Below, piece by piece: positions 41,146 through 64,000 of a stretch of 64,000 nucleotides of DNA. The notes below the pieces were generated by a model that saw nothing but the letters and a program-made list of their open reading frames with translations, was not told the origin of the DNA and made no database searches. The stretch is taken from positions 14,632,001-14,696,000 of the forward strand of contig OX442314.1 in the NCBI GenBank assembly GCA_949358305.1. Reading direction: 5' to 3'. The stretch's first letter is position 1; the number at the start of each line of letters is the position of its first letter. The position numbers and the translations under genes were made by a program. This DNA comes from Strigamia acuminata. Lineage: Eukaryota.

Positions 41146-44100
41146 ATGGGTTCGTCAAAAAAGCATAAGGAGAAGGAAAAAGAACGCGATAGAGAAGTTA
41201 GAGAACCAAGATCCCGCCGCAATAGATCAAAATCACCTTCACCACGTTCGCGGTCCCGGGATCGTCATCGTCGCGATAGAAGAGTCGATAGATCCCGGTC
41301 ACGTTCAAAAGAAAGAGAACGTAAAAAAGGTCGCGATTACGACGAAAAAGTTAGAAATCGGGATGACAAATCTGGTAAGTTCGTATTCAGATATTAACAG
41401 TTGAAATTTTATAGTAACAAAACTGTTAACAATTTTCTAAGGAAATTATCATGATCATTTGTTTATTAGACTCGGATAACGAAGCAAAAGGCAGCAGCGG
41501 AGTTGGAGAATCGTCCCTGAGTGTTGAAGAAACAAAGTAAGAAATTAATAATTTTTTTGTAATTTGAATTTGATTTTGACTGTTTAATTTTTTTTATTAA
41601 AGTAAGTTACGAGCAAAACTTGGTCTGAAACCATTGGATGTTGGGAAAGGTTTGATAATTGAAATTTTTATTTATTTATTTATCTTTTTTGACTTTTCCA
41701 TTTTAATTATTCGTAGATTCGAAAGATGATGAATGGAAATTTGATAAAGAATTTGTTCACAAGCCAGCAGAAAATTGGGGCGACAAGAAAATGGTTCAGA
41801 CGCTTCGTGAAAGAATTTCAGTTCAAAAAGAAAAGAGGAAAATCGGAGATAAATTAAAGTAATTCCGATTTTCATTTTAATTGTTTTTCTGAATTATTTA
41901 TTTATTTATGTATTTTTATTTTTTTTCTATAGGAATGTAAAAACTCTGGGCGATTCCGATTCGGATGATGATGGAGCTTTGAATTGGGTTTTAAAAACAA
42001 AACAAAAACAAGAAGAGAAAGAAAAAGCGGATAAAAGGGTTTGCAGTTTATTTATTTATTCATGCAAACATAGAAATAACATTTTTAATTTTAGGCAAAA
42101 TTGTTGGAAGAAATGGATGAAGAGTTTGGAATTGGCGATTTAGTTGAAGATGAATTTAAACGATTAAAAGGACAAGCTTATTCATCTAGGGATTTAAAAG
42201 GGATGACTGTACAACACGATCAGGGCAGATTTTCAGAAGGGCGTGATGTTATTCTAACGTTAAAAGATAAAGGTAGTAAAATTTAAGTGAAGTAAAGTTT
42301 TACCCATGAAATGCAATAATTTGTGTGTTTTGCAGATGTGTTAAATGAAGATGACGATGTTCTTGTGAATGTTAATTTGATTGACAATGAAAAAGCTGAG
42401 AAAAATAATGAATTGAAAAAGCAAAAACCAGGATATGATGCTTATGAAGAACCAGTTGATGAATTTGGCAATGTAAAATCAAATTTAAAATAATCAATTG
42501 AAATTGTTAATTTATCCATTTATTTTTGTTTCTTTCAGTTGTTGCCTCGCAAACCAATTTTAAAGAAATACGATGAAGAGATTGAAGGAGTGAAATTAAA
42601 GTCGTTTCAACTTGGTAATTTATTTTGCATTAGAATTGTGTTGAAATGTAATTTATTTATTTTTTTCTTATCAAATAAATAGGTTCGGGAGGAAATTACG
42701 ATTTAGAAAGAGAGAGACAATTACACGAGATTCGAAGGAAGTTGCAGATGAAAAATTCTGTAAGATTTGTAAATTTTCATTGGAAATTTGTGCTAACAGA
42801 CAATTTTTTTGTTTTACTTGTAGGAATCTTTAGACATGCCTTCGCCTCATTTAGCTTCGGAATATTACACCACGGAAGAAATGGTAAAATTTTATTGTTT
42901 ATTTAGTTGTGTCGTTTTACATAATTAAAACCAATTATTTTTTTTTAAAAAAAAATATTGGTTTAGTTTAATTTTGTATTAATAGATATTTTCATGAATA
43001 TTAGAAATTTTTATATAAATTTATTCAATTGCTTTGCAAAAAAAAACAACTAATTTCTTATTATTATGTAAGATGTCACTTTATTTTTAAATGAACAAGC
43101 CAATTGTCCCGGTATTTTTTTATAACTTAGGTCATTACCTAATAGGTGAAATTTAAAAAACCCAAGAAAATTTCGAAAGTGCGTAAACCCAAGCGACTAA
43201 GAGCCGACGAATTAGCCGCTCTGGCTTCGGCACCTGCCTCGTCGTCCAAATCAAAAACCGATTTGAAATCGAGGTAAGTTATTTAATTCTACTGCAAATT
43301 GACACGAATACAAGTTTTGTTTTAACACTTTAGGAAGATCAAGCAAGAGCCGCAATCTCCCAGAGAAAGTACGAGTGAAAATGAGAATTCCACAGATGTC
43401 GATGTTGGTTTGGTTAAGAAAGAAGAACCTATGGAAATGGATTTTCTAGACGCCGACGATTTAGACGGAATCGGCCCGGAAGAAGATCTCACCGGCGTGT
43501 CGGTTGAACCGGACGAAGCGGAATTAGAACTTCAATATGCTCTGAATAAAGCTCGCAAACTCAAACAAAAACAGGATGCGGCTTCGCTGGATCGAAAAAA
43601 CGTACACTGGAAATATTAATTTTTAAATTGTGTCTTTAATTTTTTTTTTTCTTTTGTGTTTTTTAAGGTTATAAGTAGCATTAATTCACAACCTACCACC
43701 GAGATGGAGGAAGAGGAGGGCGGGTCACCTTCCAAGGGTCCAAAAGGTTCTATCATATTGAACTCGACGGCAGAGTTTTGCCGTGCTTTGGGAGATATTC
43801 CAACTTATGGTTTGTCGGGCAATCGTGATGAAGATCCTGATGAATTATTGGTAGAATTTAATGGGAGAAAACGCGGGGTTAGATTTTAATGTTTTTATTT
43901 GCTAGGAATTTGATCGGAATTTGCCACTTGTTGATGACAAGAGGCACATCGAGGACGATAACAAATCGAATCAGGGCGGGTGGAACGAAGTCGACATCGA
44001 TGAGAAGCCGATCGAAGTCCAGGTAGTCCGTTTGTCTTTGTTTTGGATATAAATTAATGGAACCTTATTTTTTTAGACAAACGATGTGCCGATATTGGAG

Positions 44101-44833
44101 GAAGAACCGGATGTTAGTGTCGGATTGGCAGGCGCGTTGAAATTAGCGATGAAGAAGGGCTATTTGGAAAAAGAGTGCAAGAAATTAGCTAGTGCGCCAA
44201 GACACAGCCAACTGCAAGCGGCGAATTACACGATCGAGGATAAATCTTTTGTGTATGCTATTTTGTTAGGAGCGTTTTAGTTAGTGCTGTATTTAATGCG
44301 TGGTTTTGGTTTTTTTAGTGAAGATGATAAATACGGACGTCGTGATCGTTATTGTGCGGGACCATTGAGCGACTTTAAGGAAAAGGATACGTATAAACCC
44401 GATGTGAAATTGGAATACATCGATGACAACGGAAGACTTCTTACACCCAAAGAAGCGTTTCGTTACTTGTCACACAAGTTCCATGGAAAGGGAAGCGGGA
44501 AAAACAAAACTGAGAAAAGGATGAAGAAGTTGCAAGAAGAAGCTGTACGTTTACAATTTTTTTAAAAAAAAATTTGTATAAAAATGTTTTTATTTTAATT
44601 TTTTTTTTTTAAATATTTAGTTGATGAAACAGATGAGTTCAACGGACACCCCGCTCGGAACGCTAGCGCTGTTGCAAGAAAAACAAAAGCAGACTCAATC
44701 GCCGTACATTCTGCTTAGTGGTGGCAACAAGGCATTAAATCCGTAAGAATGTTTATTGTTTTAATTTTTTATTTATTTTAATTTTAATGTAATTTTTTTT
44801 TTACTCAGGAATGCAATTTCAAAGGCAGTGTGA
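41146..44833 (+). CDS. SART1: U4/U6.U5 tri-snRNP-associated protein 1 (SART1/Snu66)
   Basis: Multi-exon gene. It starts [11 protein letters not shown] with an RS-rich N-terminus, then the HIND motif [92 protein letters not shown] and [11 protein letters not shown]. The last exon 44809-44833 ends in TGA. Confidence 0.97.
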
Positions 44834-45017
44834 TTTTGGTGTGTTGTGTACCTTATCAATCAATTTTTGGTATTATATTGATAAATCGTAATGTTTGGTA
44901 TTAATAATTGTAGGTTACTCACTTGTATTGCATTATTTAGAAAAGAAATTAAAGATTAAACAAAAATATTTGATTTGTTTTGAGTGCGTCTACGCTCTGT
45001 TTAATTTCGCCGAAGTC

Positions 45018-45190
45018 AAAACTGAAAAACAAAATGAAGAATTCTCCGAAGCGGCTTTTCCAGGTGATGAAACAATCGAGTTCACAGATACATCACTTCG
45101 TACCTTGGCTTTATTACAAGAAAAACAAAAACAGCTCAATCAACCTACATTCTGTTTAGTACTAGTCTGGGAACATGGCATTGAACTCTT
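45018..45190 (+). pseudogene. Degenerate duplicate of the SART1 3' exons
   Basis: AAAACTGAAAAACAAAATGAAGAATTCTCCGAAGCGGCT...TGATGAAACAATCGAGTTCACAGATACATCACTTCGTACCTTGGCTTTATTACAAGAAAAACAAAAACAG aligns with SART1 44506-44545 plus 44621-44742. The peptide [17 protein letters not shown] matches [17 protein letters not shown]. Frameshifts are present. Confidence 0.85.
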
Positions 45191-45900
45191 AAGTACATTT
45201 CTTATCACATAAATTGTTATTTTTCAACTTTACGGTTTGGAATTAATGTAGTTTACATTTGCCAATGGCTAATCTAATTTAGTAATTTAAATTTATTGCG
45301 ATTTTGATGAGTTTGAAAATAAAAATGAAGCGATTTTTATTGTATCCATTCGTGCTCGGCTTAACTTTGGGCAGAAATCCAAAAGTTGAAAGTCCAAAAG
45401 TTTTGTGGTTTAACAACTCAGACCACACCGTACTCAAGGACGTACTTATGCTAAGTGGAATTGAAAAAAGGGCCAGCTCATCACTTTAAATGCCGTTTAA
45501 CAATGAGGTTAATTTGACTTTAAATGTGTGTAATTTAAAAGAAGGAAAAAAGAAGACAGATGTTGATGTTATAAGGAATCTGGGAATTCCCTTTCTACCT
45601 CCAACTGACTTGGACTCGGCACAAGTTCCTTTTCGGGTCCCTCATCCTCTCGCTCCTCTTCCTGGCTAAAAAGAGTCAGAGCGTGACATCTCTGTTGCTT
45701 GTTGTATTTGCCTCGGAAGCTTACCTGTTAAGACGATCGTCGATTTGAATGCCGGCCGCCGGTCATGCAAAGTAGCCAAACCGGACACAACTCCCTCTTA
45801 ATCTGAGAGATGATCTTGCGGGTGTGATGAATATTTCTGTGATGACATGTAATTAAGAAGACAATCACACGACTTAGTTAATCACAATTTAATAGAGAAA

Positions 45901-58947
<13,047 letters not shown>

Positions 58948-61900
58948 ATGATTTAAAGAAACATTTGCACAAGCTTTTGATGTGGTTCATCAAAGAAAAA
59001 ACAATAAATTGAATTGAAGATTTGAATAATGTGAATGCAAGAAAAAATGAAGGTGGAAGTGTAAATTCGCCTTGTGTTGTTGCTAATTGTGCCGCTCACA
59101 TGGGTAAAATTAAGATAGAATATTAAGATAATATTGAAGATAAATAAGCTGCATTTTAGCAACTTGAAGAGGACATGTGCAACCGATTTTGTTGTTGTTG
59201 TTGTTGATTTTGATTTTTTTTTTAAGTATTTTTGCTCTAAGTACTCAACAATTTTTTTCTTCACTTCGTATACTCTTTAAAAAAATAACAGGACAGTTTA
59301 AAGAGACTACTTCGATGTAGTTATAGTTCACCCAAAGAATATTAACGAGGCAAGTGCATACTTTTCGGTCTTGCTACAAATGTGCGCGCCTTCTTAAAAC
59401 ACTAATTAAACTTAGAATTAAATAAATACAACAAGTAAAGGATAGAAAAATGAAAATGTTATGTTTGATGGTGGAAATGAATGAAAAGCTTAATCTTTAT
59501 AAAGTAGAGAAATGCCCTTTAATATCTGTTTTCAAGTGGAATTATTGTTTTTTCCTTTTTTTCTTTGAAATGTGTGATGATTATGGCGAATTTATCTCAA
59601 ATATGCAGATAATCTCAAACTTCTGTTCTTTAATAGAAATTACCTCAAGAAATAAGTATTTTTTTTTTCCTTTTCTTTTAGGTTTGAGTTTGTTAATATT
59701 TCTATATTTTTTTTTAAAATTATGTTAAGAGATTTAGGATTTTTTTTATTAGTTTAAATATGAAATTATTTATTGATTATTTGTCTAAATTTTATTTTAT
59801 TTGCTCAGATGACAATTTGAGAAATTATTTTTTTTATTATTATTTTTTTATTATTTTTTTTTTGTTTAATTTAAACGAGTGAGTGGAAATGTTATTTTAC
59901 GGAAAAAGGTAAACATTTTTGCAGTCATGAAAAATACCAAAGTTGTAGATCTTTAAAAAATTTCTTGGCTATTGTTTTGTAAATATGAGTAATAAATGTA
60001 CGAGGAAAATTTAAGAGGAAAAAAAAAATGGTTTGACAGTTAGGTAGAATTGAGTTTACATTTTTCATTGACACGGAAAATGATGAAAACAATAGCAGAT
60101 GGTGGTTCTGTCATCTCCTTAGGGTTTATATTAGGTTCTAATTCAACTTTTTTGTTGTTTTTAATTTTAAAAACAAAATAAAAATATCTACCCTTAATTT
60201 AATTTTTATTTTGTTTGTCAGTGGTCGTGGCTGTCAGTTGTCAAAGTTGCTTAAGATTTATGCATTTATTTTATGATTAAAGATGAAAAATGCTTAATAT
60301 TTATTTATTTTTTACCTTTTTTTTGTTGTTGCTGCGTTGTAAGTAAACTAGGAATTATTAAATTTTCTAAAAAAAAAAAAAATTAGAATACTAAATAAAT
60401 GTCTACTTAGCAGTCAATTTGTGATAAAACGTATATTTTTATTCTAAAGTTCCTTTATTTTTTGATTTTGTTGATTTTGTTGAATCATTAGGAGAAAAGT
60501 TGAGCTGATTTTTCAGGGATTTTGTAGGCGTAAACAGCGCTATTTCAATTAAATGGGAGTGGGCGTAGTTTCTCATTTGTCCAGATGACCAGATGAGTTG
60601 TTTTTCGTGCAGGTTCTTAATTGACGCATCAAAAGCTTTCGTTTACGTGTGTGCAATTCTATGGTGCCATAAAAACCGCCTCACTTTCACGCACCTTTTC
60701 CCCTCTTCACGCATATATTTGTGAGGCACAAACCTTTCAACGGACAGACCACGACCTGGCAGCTATATCTTATGTGGTAAAACAATACCATGAGCTCAGT
60801 TTGTAAGATATTTTTGTATGTAATTTTTATGTTAAGTATTACGAGAAAAGAAGCAAAAAAAAATGTGAATATCCCTTGTTTGTGCAATGCAAAAAAAAAG
60901 AAAATGAAAATTTCTTGTAATTTTCGTTGTATTTATTAAACAATTTTTTTTCTTCGCCTCACAGAAAAAAAAAGAAGCGTTTTTATCATTATTTATTTAT
61001 TACATACTAAAGTCTGCCGTGTGATAAAATTACGTAAAACTAACTTGTAAGTAGGGAAAGTTGAAATTGTTTTAAGTGGCAGCTTGAAGGTAAAATGGAG
61101 GTTAAAAAAAATCACATTAACACTAACATCATAACACCGCAGAATATGAAATTGCATGGTTTTATGTGCACGTTACACACAATGATATCATAACGGTCCA
61201 TCTGTTTGCGGTGGTTTTACCACTTAACTAGTTGTTGCAATTATTATACAGTACAGGAAGTGACACACAACTTGAAACGTATTAATTAATGTAGACATAA
61301 AGCCAAAAAATGGCAAAAAAGTGGATTTATTATTCTGAAGTTTTACATCGATGAAATGACTTGATCAATCACACAAAACTAGTCAACTCCCATTTTTTTT
61401 CCTTTTTATTTATTTTTTTTTTACTAAGCTTGCAATGCCTGTGGTTTAGAAAAGAGCCATATAACTGAGATTTCCATTCAACCGTTACCATAGAAACAAG
61501 GAACGAGACGTGTTCACATTGATCTGGCTGCATGTACGAAACAAACCAAGGGAAAAAACTTATTTGCAAATTTACACTTGAGGGGAGCTACAACGATAAC
61601 ACATGTTACGAAGGAAATGAAAGATTTCTTTATTATTATATATATGTTTTGGTGGAGCCAAATGCAATTTGAATTTAGCGATAAACCTGTTAGATCGTTA
61701 GCCCCTCACAAAATGAAATTTACGAGCGCATCAGTTTTCACTTTGTTTTTGACTTTAAAAAAAAACTCGCCGGTGTCTCGAGCTAGTTATTTGTCGTTTC
61801 TGTTAACTTGAGGAGCGCTTTGAGGCGTTGCGAGAAAGCCGACCACCAATTGACCCCGTTTCCACGGAAGAGAACATCGATTAGAAAATGATTTGAGAAG

Positions 61901-62123
61901 AAAGGGACACTTGAGGGCACACACTCAGTGGCACGCACTCACAATTTGGACCGTAGAAAACGACCCAATGGTGAAAAATCTAATTCTCTTCCCTCTTAAA
62001 GTTTCCACCTCGTTACTGCGAGTGCATCCATCGAGTAGAGCGAACCGTGGGGAGAGTGAGAGTGATTGTAGCGAGGTCGGCACGAGTCAACAATATTCAT
62101 ACACGCTGCAAGTGGGCCGTGAA

Positions 62124-62240
62124 TGACGTCAGTCGAGGTGAACTGGGTCCGCCCATTTTTGTGGTCCCAGAGGCAGGAACGTGCGCAAAAGGAGATCAAT
62201 TGCGAAACCTGGGACTGGGTGCTGAACGTGACTGACGTCA
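62124..62240. promoter_or_regulatory. Pair of perfect CRE palindromes in a GC-richer intergenic island
   Basis: TGACGTCA occurs at 62124-62131 and again at 62233-62240. Confidence 0.4.
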
Positions 62241-63034
62241 AGTCAAAGTCAAACTATTCGGTCGCCACGCGTAAATTGTAGTTGTGCGTGTAATTGGCGT
62301 TAATGGGGGAGGAGAGATCTACTTGAAACGTAAATTGATTACATTTTGACCTGGAATATCATCGAGTTATCATCTAAACGACATTTGGAGGATTAATAGT
62401 AGTGAATGGTTAATTTGAGGTGGAACTTGGAGTTGAAGGGTGTGGAGGGGTGTTCCGACTTTGTCAAGGTCATTTGGCAATGAAAACTCTGGGGAGTACC
62501 AGTATATTCTGTTGGAAATTTAATTCTAATAGCTTTCCTTTTAAGCAAAGTTGTTTGTCTTGTTGCTGCGCCAGTTTGAAAATGAATAAACAAGCTGACA
62601 GAAAAATTTTAAAAAACTAAAGAAAATTTAAAAAATATTGAATCAATTAAATTGTACGAACTAAATTCCGCACACTTAGTGTTAATTCATACCATAGCAA
62701 TTTAAAAATGATGAATAATAAATACCGTATGTAGGTAATGTAAAATTGAATCCAAAATTAAAATTGACACTCGCCAAATAGAGGTTTCTTCCGTTCAACA
62801 GTCATTTGCCCTTGTGAAAAAAAGAGACCAATGTGCAGCATTAAGTCAAGATTTAGATTTCGTTAAGATTGTTTGAATTTTTAAAATTTTTCTCCTTTGT
62901 TTGCTGAAACATTTTGTTTGAATAATCCTTAGAAGAAAGGGGGAAAAAAATTCAAGCATTTTATGTGACATAGTGGTAGGTTGAATAACCGAAAAGTAGG
63001 AAAATAGCACTAGGTGAACGAAGGTGTAAGATCA

Positions 63035-63206
63035 CTATAGTGTTTCTCTAGATCCATAGCGCTCAGGATGATGACGACCCCGTCGGGAAAGCTGAAGACC
63101 ACTACAATACGATGTTCCATTTGAGCCGATTTCCACTTGAGATACAGCTGCCGCAAGTGAAAAACGAATGCTTGCGTCATCAGTATATGGTGTAGGTAGA
63201 GAAATA
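63035..63206 (-). CDS. Probable terminal coding exon of a minus-strand gene extending beyond the window; product unknown
   Basis: A good acceptor (TTTCTTATTCAG|) is followed by a GC-richer open frame ISLPTPYTDDASIRFSLAAAVSQVEIG...HPERYGSRETL*. A second open frame ending at 63010 is also possible. Confidence 0.4.
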
Positions 63207-64000
63207 CTGAATAAGAAATCATAAAACAAAAATTTCATCCACTTGTTCTTCACTTTATACACGCTCGTCCTTGAAGTTGACGAGTTCAAGGGATCAACGA
63301 ACACGAATAAAACAAATGTGGGTAAAATATTTGAGCTTTAATTGACTCGGTCACGAAGTACCGTAACTAACAACTAAGCAGCTTATTTCTAATTCTAATA
63401 CAGTACAAAAACACGAATTTATTTCTTTGAGGAAAGATTGGAAAGTAATCTTTCTAATTTTAAAAATTAAAAAAAAAATTAAAAGAAATGAAACAAGACT
63501 ACAATAATAATAATAATAAAAAAAAGTTTTTATTTTCAGGAATGGGTAAGTTAAAGCTTATTTAATCTAAGACGATTAAACCTCGGAGAAATACCTATTT
63601 CATTTAGGATTTTTCAGCTGATTAAAATGTACACAGATTTGCACTTTCGTTCGGCGTCACATTGCTTAAAGTGAGTTTCGAAATTGATTAGTTTGCATTT
63701 CTTTAGTGATACAGCTGATTTGTTTTGTTGGCCTACTTGTTAAAATGTTAACGTAATCTTACTTTTTTGAACAAAAAAAAAATACATTTTTATGATGCGT
63801 GTTTCTTAGCATCTCCTTGAAATTCAAATGAGAATATAAAATGTTGTATTCATACCATGGAGGTCAAGTTTAATTACAACTTGTATTACACTAATGAAAT
63901 TGTTTCCTTTCTCTTTATTAACTTCTTGATTTGAATAATATGAAAAACGGATAAATCAATTTACTCCACGCGAAAAATAATTTATTTCACTTGTAAAACG

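Overview
AT-rich eukaryotic genomic DNA with short (about 55-80 nt) GT-AG introns. It is probably from an arthropod; this is inferred from the Asator-type TTBK N-terminus and the intron style. Most ORF-track entries are spurious or partial exons. I rebuilt eight spliced + strand genes by hand: the 3' half of SETD3, a class A neuropeptide-type GPCR, two tandem divergent EGLN/PHD prolyl hydroxylases, B3GALNT2, amnionless, SART1 and a tau-tubulin kinase (TTBK/Asator). A possible last exon of a minus-strand gene lies at the right edge. Mobile DNA includes a long-TIR Tc1/mariner-type MITE, a dead DD34E Tc1 transposon carrying a nested LINE 3' end, degraded LINE relics and a gypsy RT relic. I see no CRISPR array, rRNA or convincing tRNA, and no clearly new multi-gene system can be proven from sequence alone. 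The best leads are four. (1) The PHD pair keeps the catalytic residues but has changed HIF-contacting residues. (2) B3GALNT2 and amnionless are only 81 bp apart on the same strand, suggesting a dicistronic or overlapping unit. (3) A decayed copy of the SART1 3' exons lies just downstream of SART1. (4) TTBK has alternative first exons and SxIP motifs.
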